A stretch of 64,000 bases of DNA. Source: Monocercomonoides exilis PA203 (lineage: Eukaryota > Protista > Preaxostyla). Below are positions 12,579 through 25,400 of this stretch, piece by piece. The number at the start of each line of letters is the position of its first letter. The stretch's first letter is position 1. The DNA is taken from positions 1,302,001-1,366,000 of the forward strand of contig LSRY02000020.1 in assembly GCA_001643675.2 (NCBI GenBank), read 5' to 3'. The position numbers were made by a program, and so were the translations under genes. The notes below the pieces were generated by a model, which saw nothing but the letters and a program-made list of their open reading frames with translations, did no database searches and was not told the DNA's origin.

Positions 12579-13839
12579 TGAGGATGGTGAGCTGAAAATG
12601 AGTTAGTTAAATTAGTGTTTTCTTTTTCTTTTTTTGCTTTTTAATGGATGCTTTAGCTTTTTTGCTCAGTTTATTTTTATATTTCATATTTGTCGTGGGC
12701 CTCTTCGGCTTCTTGCCCTTCTGCAAATTGAAGTGAAATGTTGAATGCATTACTTGATTGCAATTAGAAAAAAAATGTTAGTTAGAAATACATTTTTCAA
12801 TTGCAGAGAGCCACATTCTATGTTATTATCACTGTCTCGAATTCTGTTGAAAGAAAAGAAACTTATTATGATTGGATTTTAAGCCTATTATGTTTGAGCG
12901 AAAGATAGAGAAAAGATGGGAATGAAATGTTGTTTTTTGTAATTTTCATCTCTTTGAAAATTTGATAGATTACTAAAAGATGTTTCCTTTATGCTTTCTT
13001 TCCTTCACCAATTAATATTTCTTGGAGAATGGCACATCAATTTCCTTTTTTTTTTTTTTTTTTTGAAGTTTGTGTTTTGTTACTCATTCATTTCATCATT
13101 GTGTGATTGCAAATACAATCTTAGTCGTCAAAGTTTTTTGTAATTTGGATGAACATTACAAATGAGATGCTCTTGAATCGATTTTTTTGTCATTTGGTGA
13201 TTCTTTTGCAAGCGTGAGTCGATTTTTTAAACTTTGTTGCTGCATCTGCTCTAGGATTCATCCAATGAGAATTAGGGATTTTTTGAAATAGGTTCAACAA
13301 TTATTAAATGGAATTTTTGCCTTTGAGTGTTGAACATTTCTGTTTATCTTGTGAGTTTCAAAGAGATATGCCTTCATTTCTTGAATTCGTGAACTTTATT
13401 GAATTTTTTTTAATTTTAATTTAATTTAATTTCATTTTTCCATTAGAAAAAATAACATTGAAAATGTGAATTCCTGTTTATTGAAATGAATTGAAAGCAA
13501 TAAAATAATCTTTTCTAAGATTGACGTTTCAAAAATAACAATTGAAAAAATAGTAATTTTTGAAAAATGAAATGAATGTCCACACTTTTTTACATAATGC
13601 TCCATTACATACAAACATACATGAAAATGAAAAATGAAAAATGAAAAATGAAAAATGAAAATAAAAAGACAATAAAAAGTTTGTCAAAAAACATAAACGT
13701 CCCTCAAAAGATAAATAAGAGACAAATTGAATGATAAATAAAAAAAAAGAGAGAAAGAAACAATCTGATAAAATGAATGTAAAAAGACATTTGAATAAAG
13801 AAAAGGCAATAATTATTTTTTTTGAAGTGAGACGACTTG

Positions 13840-14028
13840 TTAAACAGAAGACTTTTCAGATTTTGCGGAAGAAGACAAAATCATGGACTGCGACATTGAC
13901 GAGTTTCTTCTCTGGGGCAAAAATTATTAAAAAAAAAATAAATAAAAATAAATATATTAAATTTAATAATATTGAAAAAATAATAATAATGAATTAAATT
14001 TTTATATAAAATATTTGAATTTCTGAGT

Positions 14029-14068
<40 letters not shown>

Positions 14069-15268
14069 TTTCAACAAACAGAATGCACAGCAGATTGACG
14101 AGCGCCCGAATAGTTAGACCTGAAAGATGAAGAAGATGTTGCAGAAGTTGAAGGCCGCGTGCTGGCTCCCGAACGAGAAAGCGCATACAACCTCGATCGC
14201 GACGATCTCCAGTCCTGAATGTGCACCTCATCGTCGCTGTCGTCGCCTGCCCCTGCGCTGCTGCCTCCTCTTCTGTCTGGCCGGGTCACTCTCTTCCACT
14301 GCTCCTCGTCTGCAGTTGGGCTGATGTATTCTGGGAAGCGCCAAATAGACGAGCCTCGTGATGACATCCCTCGAAATGGCTGCGACTGCACAAAACCAGG
14401 CGGCTTCTGCCCGCGCGCCCGCATTCCGTAGCGCGGTGCAGTTTGCGCTCGGTTCTCTTCGCTATATATTTTGGTGTCAAACAGACCCCCGCCTTTGCAC
14501 ATTGATACAAACCTTTGATTTGAGATAGGTTGTGTTTCGTGAAGTCCAACATATTTCTTACGAACTCCTCCATAAGGTTCAGATAAATATTCAAATTCAG
14601 ATCCCCCAATTGTTGTGTGGTAAAACCCAAATCCTCCTCTTTTTGGAGGACTGGTGAGAAAGTTCCTTGGCTGCTCTTTCACCGCTCCTTTCTTCACTTC
14701 TGAACTTCCTGATGGTTCATAAGATGGAGGAGGGTTTATTGTTCCATATATGCTTCCCTTTCCCTCCCTAAAAATTGTATTTTAAATTGGTTATAAAAGT
14801 TGAGACTTGCAATTCGCGAAAAGAATGAAGTTAATGATTTGCAAACGCTTTTTTCGGAGGACTTGAAGGACGAAAAGGAACTTGAGGAAGAGATTTAGAA
14901 GCAATATATTTTTCATGACGTTCTCTGGCTTCTTGATCAATATATGTGTCATCCTATAAAAAATATTTATGATATTTCCAAATACGCATTTGAAGCATAC
15001 AGCAAAAAGTGGTTTATAATCCTTCTGAAGAAGAACAGCATCAGTTCTTCCTTTTTTTGGCGGGGAAATTCCCATTTGTTTGCCTTTGAAACGCGAATCA
15101 GCCAAAGCATAAGGATCAGATTTGCGAGAATCCTTGGTTAATGATAAGAAAATGGACATTATCAAAATGAATGCTGATTCAATATTTTTAAATGCAAACA
15201 TCCCCTGTTGCTCCATATCGAACCACCATGCGTTTCATGCGAACACTTGAATTGGCTACTCTGGACAT
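13840..15268 (-). CDS. CFAP96: CFAP96/C4orf47 (UPF0602, DUF4586)-like cilia/flagella-associated protein, 5 exons
   Basis: Exons 15268-15200, 15132-15001, 14953-14847, 14767-14080, 13911-13840 join in frame via GT-AG introns. Motifs FKGKQMGISPPKKG, PFRPSSPPKK, GSIYGTI and RNFLTSPPKRGGFGFYHTTIG..FEYLSEPY match my recollection of the C4orf47 family. The last intron is less certain (unspliced stop at 14071-14073). Confidence 0.75.
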
Positions 15269-15436
15269 TTTTCTTTTTTCTTCTTATCCAGTATTTTACA
15301 ATGGGATATGTATTAAAAGTGACGGGAAAAGATCAAATTAAATCTAGTCTTTGCTCATGCATTTGAAACGTAATTTCCTTAATAATTAATCGAATAATTA
15401 TAATATTTATAAGCAGACTGGCCATATCGGATTGGA

Positions 15437-18400
15437 ATGTCATTTAACAAAAATACACAAAAACAGAAACGATCACAAACAATTGTCTGTTTCAATCCAT
15501 ATTTGCATTTTCGTAACATTTTATGTTTTGAATATTATTTTCTTATGTGTTCGCTATGCTTTATGTTTTCTGTTTTATTCATCATAAAAGACTGGGAAGT
15601 TTCGAAATTTTTTAAGAAAACAGAAATTTCTATTAAAAGAAGAAGTAAATAATTATATTAATACCCTTGTTGATTCAATTGATGACTTCAATAATTGTGG
15701 CATCGAAATAAAACAAGAAATAACTCATTCTAATCAAGAATTTTCGTCTCTTTTACATTATCTTCATCAACGAAATCAATTTCGTCAAGAGCGCTCGGTA
15801 AGAACTGCAATGCAAATACATAAAATATTTCTTTTATCTCAGCTTAACATTTTGTGCTCATGTTCAGCAATACTTGAACAGAAGAATAGACAAATTCAAG
15901 AGCAATTTTCAAAATCTTCGAGAATAAATGCAGATGACTGTCCATCGGTGGAAGAATTACTCTCCTCAGACTTGCATATTCAATTGAGTTTGATAAAGTC
16001 TATTATTTTTTTGCATTGTAGGCAATTGGTTATTAGAGCGGCCGATTTAACAAATGATAATCTGCTTTTTCGTCTTTTAATTTCTGAAGATTCAACTGAA
16101 ACGATGCTTTCTATTTGCTCTCTTTTGACAAACGAAGATATTGAAGCATATTTGAAACAGAAACTTGCAAAACAAGAAAAAGAGAATAAAAAGGATTATA
16201 TATTTCTGTCTCAAACACAAAAACTGTCATCTGTTACTCTTGAATCTCTTCTCTCTTCTGTGCTTAGCAATCCTTCACCGACAACTTTTATATTTCCTCA
16301 AGTTCCAAGTAACCTGACAATAACATCACTTGAAGAAGTTATTCCGCTCAAGTTTTATTTGTCGGCGTCTCCTGAACATGGCATAACTTCTCATGACTTT
16401 CAAGCAAAATTACTCCTCCGCATCGCCGCACTGATCTTGTGCCTTCAGACAGACGAATCGTTTCCAGCTGGATTTTCGATCATCCAAGAAAACAACTGGA
16501 ACGATGTCACAAATGAATGGAGGCTGATTGAGAAGGACTCGATGAATTACCCGACGCTTCGATCGAAAATCACACTGAATGACTTTGATGTGTGCTCTTC
16601 TTTGTGCATATGCCAGGAGCTGGCTCAGTTGCTGTGCAACGACGAGAGCCCATTCAAGCAAACCATCAGCACAATGAAAGAAGAACTGCACGAATACGTT
16701 CTGACACAGCACACATCTGAAGTGCTTGATGATTCAAAGAAAAAGAACGTAACGCAAGAAACGATATCTGAAGAGAAGAAGAAAAAGAGGAGGAAGAGAA
16801 ACAGTGAAAATACATTAAAGCACGGTGAAGGTGGAATACTGAAGTTTATTCAGCAGAAAATTAAAGAGCTATCTCATACTGTGTTAACAACACTCAAAGC
16901 ATCGAAAAGCCTTCAGAAAGCGAAGAATGAAGGGGTTCTCAATTTAGCTTTTCCTCAGACTAACCTTATGCTTACTATTTCTCTGCTTCCTTTTCTTCTC
17001 AGCCCTCCTTTCACTCAATCGGATACCCTTTCGGATTCTCAAAAATCAATTTCTTCTTCTTCCAACGAACAGGATCCGGATTTAGCACACAAGAATGAAA
17101 GTTCGAAAGAACACACTGCTTCCAGCGATCAACGCCTTATCATATCTCCATCAATTGCAGCTGCAGAGGCTGACAGTTTGTTCTCCGCTCAATCAATGTG
17201 GATGCAGTGTGTTCCGATGGATGTTCTTGGAATACCGCAAAAGTACTACAAACAAATTGAACAGATTGATGATGATTCTGATGAGTCAAGTGAAAGAAAA
17301 TCAATGCAAGACACATTTCCTCCGGACATCGGAGCATTTGCATCGTTGCAATTGATGCAGTTCTCATCAGCCAAGTCTAAGAGTTCTCACAATTCACGAG
17401 GGTGTCATCAAAAGAATAAAGACATTAGCATTAATCCATCAAAGAAGCATCATCCATCACAAGAAGATTGCTCTGGCAAAGAAGCAAAAACTCTTCATTC
17501 AGATTCTCGTGGTTTCTTTCCATTTGTTCCGTTGTGGATGAATTGGAAGGATGGCCTTCAGTGGTTTGAATGGAAAGAGACACAAATGAAGTCATTAAAT
17601 CAAAATTCGGATATCAAAAGAGATTCAGACAAAAATGAAACGAATGACAGACAAAATAGAAGAAATGGAAAAGAAACGGAAAAGAGCGAATCTCGCAATT
17701 CCGGCAACTTTTCAGACAAAAAGAACAGATGTATGAAGCGGAATGAAGACTATTCTTTTGAATCAGAAGATTACACTCAAGGCAAACACAGGAAAAACAC
17801 AAACGGAGCTTTTCGAATTCAACAAGCTGAGTTTTCCGAGAGCGATGAAAAAGTAGAAATATACAGAAGAATTAGCGATGATTATGAAGAAAGCAGAAAT
17901 GCGAGAGACACGAAACGTAAAGTCAAAGAGCATCATAAAAGCAATAAAAAAGACAAACACATCAGGAAATTGATAAAGAAGCATTCGTCCACTTACTCTG
18001 AAGTTTTGTCTGAAGAAGGAGATTCTTCACCTGAAAATGACAACGAAAACCGGCATTCATCAGACGAAGACGATGGATACGGCTATTTTGAGCTGATGGA
18101 CCATCTTTTGGACGAAAGCACTTCTTCTGCAGATGAATCAAGGAAAGATGCTGACGAAGATGATCGTGAAAAATACAAAGCCAAATATAAAAACAGACAA
18201 AGCAGTAGACGCCACAGTTCAAACAAGCACGATAAAACCACTCGAAACTCAAAGCAAAACTCGCACAAAAGAAAGTCGCGAAAGCTGACAGCTCACAGAG
18301 CACATGCCCGCAGATCATACAGTTCCTCCTCATACACCGAGGAAAAGACTTTGAACACACGACAGCCTCATATCGACAGTTCAGAAAGCTCTGAAGAAGC

Positions 18401-21400
18401 ATTTAGCTCAAATTCTCCTTCTCCTTCTCCTTCCCCTTCTCCCTCTCCTTCACCATCTCCATATTCCTCCTTATCACCTTCACCATTACGGGTTCCTTTT
18501 TCAAGATCTTCGAGATTTTCTCATCACTCTCGCAAGTCTGATCGGTCTGCGTCATCATCGCTTTCATCTTCTTCTCGCTCTTCTTCGTATGTACGTTTTT
18601 CCTTCGAGAGCATTCCTCTTTTTCAAAATGAGCTGAAATGCTTCCATCTATCCCCATTTCCTTCTCAGCCGCCGCCTCTTCATCTGATTGCTTCATCTCA
18701 TGTTCCTCCGTTTTACGAAGCAGCCGCGTCAATTCTGGACGATCTCTGCTTTCTCGACTCGCCTCATCTTTCTCTTTCTGCCATCTGCACAGCGTCTGTG
18801 ATGATCATCGAAGGTGCAACGGATGCTCTGTTGTTCAATGAAAAAAGAGCTAAAAATAAAAAATACAGGGACAACAGCGCTTGTGATAGAGATGCTAAAG
18901 AAGAAGACTTCAACTATGGTCAACAGTTGGTTACTGATTCTATGATTGATAGCCAAAGTGTGTTGTCACATGAAATTCAACAGACTCAGAAATGTTCTGA
19001 TTGCATTCTTCAAGAGTTTGTGATTAAAGCCGAAGAAGAAGAAGAAAAAGCTGTCAATAAAGAAAACAATGAAGCAAAAGATGAACAGATCTCTTTGCCT
19101 TCTGCATCTATTTGTGCAGGTTCATTTTCTAACTCAGCATGTTTCGATTCAACGAAAATTTCTCAGTTATGTGATTTATCTCTTCGAACTGATGAATACG
19201 AAAGAAGAACAAAAAGTTCAGTTTATTCTTCTTCTTCTTCACTTGACAGTTCTTCTTCAATAGCTTCTTTACCTTCTCTTCCTTCTTTCTCTGAATCGTC
19301 GTCTGATTACGCTTCGTTTCATGCTGGGGAGCGCTTTGCTCCATTGCTTCGCTCCAAATCTCTTCCTCTTCTTAGCTGTTGTGTTAAGGGAGAATCTTCT
19401 TATTCATCTTCATCTTCTTCTGTTTCTTTATCAATTAATTTTTCGCCCACTTTCTCGTTTGAATGTTCTGATTCATTAGCTCGCAATTCTTTTCCTTCTC
19501 TTCCTTCTTTCTCTTCTCTTCAACAGACAAATTCTTCTTCAAAGACATCTTGCCAATCAATTCATTCATTTTTCTCAGCTCATTCATCTCTTTCATCTCT
19601 TCAGTCTTTTCCGTCTTTGCCTGACTTTGCACTCTCAGAATTTTCATCCCGCAGCAGCTCCACTTCACATGAAAGCTGCAAATCTGATGTTGAATGCTTA
19701 TCCCTCCCTCATTTTTCCTTAAAAAGTTCATCAAGTCTAAATTCATATTTAAATGAAAATGAATTAATCGCTCATAAAGAGCCAGACGATTCCTATTGCT
19801 GCTCTCACTCCAGCAGAATCTGCAGTGTGTCTGACTGCGAAAGCAGAGAGACAGACGCTTCTGGTGAAAGTGATGATTTTGCAGATGAAATCGACTCTCA
19901 CATTTCTGCAGGCACTCAGTTTATCACTCTTTTTGCTGCAAAGCAGTCGGATGTATATTCAATGAGCAAACACTCAAAAATCAGCCAAACAGAAAAGCGA
20001 AGAGAAAGTACAGTAAATTTCTCTTTTGACTTAAAGAAAATGGCTGAAGCAGCTAGTGAGAAAGCACAGGACTGCTCAGAAACCGATTCATCTTTGCTTA
20101 TCAAAGGAGCCTCTTTTCCTATTCCATCTTCCCCGCATTTATCCATCGGCTCCAATGTTGCATCCATCCTCGGCAATGCAATCAACACACCGCTTCCGTC
20201 CTCAGCCCAGCTACCCTCTTCTCCTTCGGAGATGGAGTCAGCTCTTCTTTCTGATTGTGCTGGCACAAAGGATTCGCAGGGCAGCTGTTCGACAGAAGCG
20301 CAGAGGATGAGGGAGGAGCTGAAGAAAGAGGTAACAGCAGACATATTTTTACCTCTTCTCATTGCAATTCTCAGCCGTTCTTTGGTGAGCTCTCCAAATT
20401 CCATTCTGTTTTTCATCAACTCGTTTATCCCGCGGTCGCAACGGACGGGGCAAGCTGAATGCTGGGTGGCTTCGTTTATCAGTGCAGCAAACTACATCCA
20501 GTCAGCTGCGCCAAACGTGGTGCTGCAAAACGGGAAAAGAGAAGGAGAAACGGAAGAAAACGGAGAGAACGACAAGTGCTGCTCAGATACAAAAATTGAT
20601 GTCAACAAACAATTTTTGACAGATTCCATTCATTCTATCTATAAAAAACTCGAATCGGCTCGTCAAAAGTCAAAATGCACGAAAATCAATAAACACGCCA
20701 GTGATTTTGAAAACGATGCGAACAAGCCTATTTATGATTCAAAAATGAATTCTGAACAATGTTCTCAAGTTTCTCCTTCACATCCTGTTTTTGATCTCCC
20801 TTTGAGTCACACAATGTGTGTTCATACTCATCTTGTGCCATCTGATACTCTTTCTCAGCAGCAAAAAGTAGCTCCGCTCGCGGTTCACACTATCCACCAC
20901 GTGGAAAAGCATCAGATGAATCGAAGAGATTACGACTTTTACGATCCGGATTCATCTGAAGACGAAGAAATCCACAATGAATTCCACTTTGTCAACCTTC
21001 AAGATGTGTACAGGCCTTCTGGGGCATCATCTGCTTCGCAGAAGTGCATTGCTCAAGCGCAGCGCCCGTCCCCAGCCTCATTTCAAGACCATCCGTCGCG
21101 TAACAACCCGCCTCTGCCTCAATTTGCGCCAGGCGGTGCGTTTGCCATTGCATCTTCTATTAATCCGTCTGTCAAATCTTCATCATCATCACCTTTGTCT
21201 TATTCTTTTCCTTTGACGGTCTCAAACACATCTCCGTCAGTTTCCCACACTGTTTCTACTTCAACACTTTCAACAACTCGTTTTTCTCAGCTTTCGTATA
21301 AACAGAACGCTTCGATGAATCCATCTTCTCTTTCTTCTCATCACTCTTATTTGTCCAATCCATCACATTTATCTCTTCCGGCCTCTTCTTCTTCTGCTGC

Positions 21401-21980
21401 TTCTTCTTTGTCTTCAGCCAATTTTCTATCATCTAAACCATCCTTCACTGAATTAGCATCGCATTTCGACAGCATTGCATCTCGCTCATCTCGCACGCGC
21501 AACTCTCAAAAAAGCAGCAACAGCCCAAAAGAAGAGTACAGCTATCATCTTCATTCGTCAAGAGTTCTTCATTTGTCATCGCCTTCGAGCATATACCTAC
21601 CCCCACGCTCGGCTTGCAGCCTGACAACCTTCTCGTCTGCGTCCTCTTCTTCTGCTTCGTCTCTGCCTTCGCATGGCTCAGTGGACGAAAGATCCAAACA
21701 TGACTCTAAAGCTCCGTTGCAGACTTCGATTTGGGATGCTTCTTTGAATTATCCAACAGCACACGAGAGACACGCATCACCGTCTGAAATGCGTCTTGGC
21801 CATTCGCGTTTGCCTCAGTCGTCACGCAGGGTGTCTGAAACTTCTTCTTTGTCCACGTCGCTTTTTGCTTCTTTTTTTACTCCTTTTGCTTCTTCGTCAC
21901 CTCCAATTTTTGAGCATCTTTACTCAAATTTGGATTTTGTTCCAACGGGAAAAATTGAAGTTTTATTTCTTTCTGAGTAG
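15437..21980 (+). CDS. Large Ser-rich protein with a split VPS9 (Rab5-family GEF) domain
   Basis: 2056-aa ORF 15810-21980, extendable to ATG 15437 via intron 15485-15590. VPS9 C-half EVTADIFLPLLIAILSRS...FFINSF...GQAECWVASFISAANYIQ (~20328-20503); N-half FYEAAASILDDLCFLDSPHLSLSAICTASVMIIEG (~18711-18815). Confidence 0.75.
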
Positions 21981-22435
21981 ATTTATAATTTTTGCAGTGA
22001 ATTTTTATTGCTTTTGAACTTGTTTGACCTTCAAAGCATGCTTATTAACAAATGAAAAAGTTTTTTATCCGTTTTTTGTGATGTTTGATGATTTTTGTTT
22101 CTAGCTAATGAAGAAAAAAATTGGATGATTACGTTTGAAATGCAATTCTTTTGTTTCTTTTATTTATTCAGATGCTATTTTAATGTTTAAAATAAGAAGC
22201 ATTGAAATATTTTTTGAAATTCTCAAAAATATTTCTCCAGAAAAAAATACTTCAAAACGTTGTTATCATTTTCACGACAAATAGTATGTCCATAATTGAA
22301 AAAACAAAATAACTTTTTAAATGAAAATTTCTATTCAAAAAAAGATATTAAAAACAGTATGAATAATAATGGATCATTTATGTAATTTATATTTTATTTC
22401 AAAAAGATATTAGAAAATTGTTTTTCTTTTGGAAT

Positions 22436-25400
22436 ATGAGAGGAAACTCGATGGCTTTATTTTTGTTGGCCATAACGTTTTGCATGCATGTTGTGCTCAG
22501 TGCGAATGAATTTTCTGTCAGCGATGGGCAGGCTGTGAGCGTTCGAAATGCAATATTCAGTCATTTTGCGTGTGCTGAAACGAGCATCTCCATCAGCAAC
22601 ACCTCCTTGTGCGTAAGCCATTTCAATATCATCTCTGCCAATGGTTGTCCACTCCTCACTGCCCAACACCACTCAGCTGCCACCATCTTCTCTTCCGCTT
22701 GCCAAATTCATCCAGCAACAAACAATCCACTTTTCCTCTCTGGCCATGCATCCCTTGCCCTCACAAACTTCTCCCTCGCAACATCTAAACCAGCCATCCT
22801 CTCCTTCCCCCTCTTCTCCATCCCAAACAATCACCTCCAAGATGCCCACTTCCCAATCCCTGCCTCCTTCTCCATCTCCCACTCCTCTTTCTCCTCTTTC
22901 ATTTCTCTCAGCAATCCCTTCCTATTTTCTCCTTCGATTTCCTCTTTCTCTTCCCCTTCCCCTCTCCATATACATCGCCAATCCCATCCTCACCTCCAAA
23001 TCCACCTCAATCTCCATCTCTCAAACACCCTCTTCTCCAACATCTCCTCTCCCCAATCCCCTCGATCTCTTCCATCCCTTCCTTCTCGCTCACTCAATCC
23101 TTTCATCCCAACCACCTCTTCCTCTTCTCTATCTTCCACCAACACCAACACCAATACAATCCCCTCTTTCTCCCTTCGCTCATCCCTCTCCATCCACTCA
23201 ACCCTCTTCCTCCACACTCACAACCCCATCGATGGCGCCATTCTCCCCAACATCAACAACCCATTCACTTCTCTTTATACCTTCAACGCCTCCTTTATCC
23301 ATCAAACACGTTCTTCAGCCAATGCTGCTGTTGTATATGTAGGAAATGAAACTCACAGAAAAACTCCTGGAAGACTGACTTCATTCGATGTAAACAGCCA
23401 TAAATTTGAATGGTGCGAATGGAATGATTCAACTGGCGGATCAAGTCATGGAGGTGCGCTTTATGTATATTGTGCAAATGCAAATCTTATAATTTCAACT
23501 TGCTCTTTTAGTAAATGTTTTACCAATGATTTTGGGGGAGCCTTATTCATCCAAGGTTTATTAAATGTGAACATAACTAAATCCAATTTCACAAGTTGTT
23601 CAGCTGCTCATGGGGGAGCTGCCCATGTTGGTTCTCCGCAATCAAATTCTGTTTGGTCATTCTCAGAAAACAAAGTTGAAAGATGCAAAATAACAAGTAA
23701 TATTGGAACTTGTTGGTATTTCCCGATATATGAATTTCCATCAAGCGGTCAATTCTTGTTTACGAAATGCAAGTGCATTGCAAATTCTGGTGGTGATTCT
23801 GCTGGTTCTCTAACATTTCATTACACTCCAGGAACAAAGCCAAATCAATTCTTAGTCAACGATTGCCAATTCATCAACAACAAAGTCGAAAATACATCCT
23901 CCTACGGTGGTGCTGCGTTGTGTTGCACCAGGACATATTCCTGGATGAGTGGACAAAAATTTATCACTTTCTGTTTCTTCGATGGAAACACAGCTGCAAA
24001 TGGAAGAGGAAATGATGTATTCTTCAATGGCAGCAGCATCACTCAATCTCCATTCGAGAGTTGCGTCTCAACAACACCAACAAAAAGAGTATGGAATTGT
24101 GGAACAGCTGATAACGCTGTGTACAACAGTTGGCTTCCTCTTATCCCTTCGAGCAAAATAGTTGCAAACAATGGAACAGATATGGAAATCTGTGGCAGAC
24201 CCCAACAGACTCCATGTGCTACCATCGAATATGCACTCAATGGCTTCACTATCCTCCAAGACGCCTCCCTCACTCTCCTAACCTCAATATTTGTTCCTCT
24301 TCAAACACTCACATTCAGCGCAGCTGATACAAAAATCACTGGAAATGGCACAACTGCCACCACCATCGCATCAAGTGGCATTCCCCAACAACCAAACTCA
24401 CATTCACAATCATCACAATCAACATCATCATTTTCATCGTTTTCATCATCATTATCATCATCATCATTTTCTTCGCCAGATCCATCTGCCTCTTCTGCCC
24501 TCTTCCAGCAAACTCAGGGCTCCCTCACAGTCTCTGCCCTCACCGTCGTCCACAACTCCACAAATCAAATCACCCCCATCCTCTTCCACCTCTCCCAAAA
24601 CTCCCCTTCCCTCAACCTCAACACAACCACCATCACCGGAACAACCTCCATAACAATAAAAACACCCCTCTTCTTCCTCACTGCTGGCTCCCTCGCCCTC
24701 AACCACACAGCAATCACCCAACTCACCCTCAACAGCCAAAGCATCTTCCACCTCACATCCCTCACAAATCCCCTCACCCTCAACTCCTCCAACATCACTC
24801 ACATCACCTCCACATCCACCCCCACCAGCTGTGTTCTCTCCTCTGCCACCTCCCCTGCCCTCTCCCTCTCCCTCGCCAACTGCACCATCACCAACATCAA
24901 CTCAGAACAGTTGAGCCAACAGACTGCCACCAATGGCGGGTGCATCTCATTCGCCTCATCTGCCCCTGCCAACTCCTTTTCGGTGAGCAACACCATCTTC
25001 TCCACATGCTCTGTGAGCGAGGATACAAGTTCTGGAGGAAGAGGCGGTGCTCTCATGATCGAGTTCAATGAAGGCTCACAAGTGTCAGAATCCTCCTTTT
25101 CCATCACCAATATCGTGTTTTCAGCCAACAAGGCGAGTGTTGGAAGAGATATGTATTTTGTGTGTGAATCATTTGTCACTTCTGTAAAGGAACCCTTGTT
25201 TGCCTTCATGAGAAGCATCATTCAGAAAGACAACTCGGTTGTTGGACATGACAGAACAGAAGCATTTGGTAATTGGGATGTCGATTTATTCATATTCTTC
25301 GATGGATACTTTGCTGACTCAGTGTATGTTGATGGAATATCTGGTGTTGAGGAGGTGTATTGTGGGCGGGAGAAGGCACCTTGTAAGAATATTAATAATG

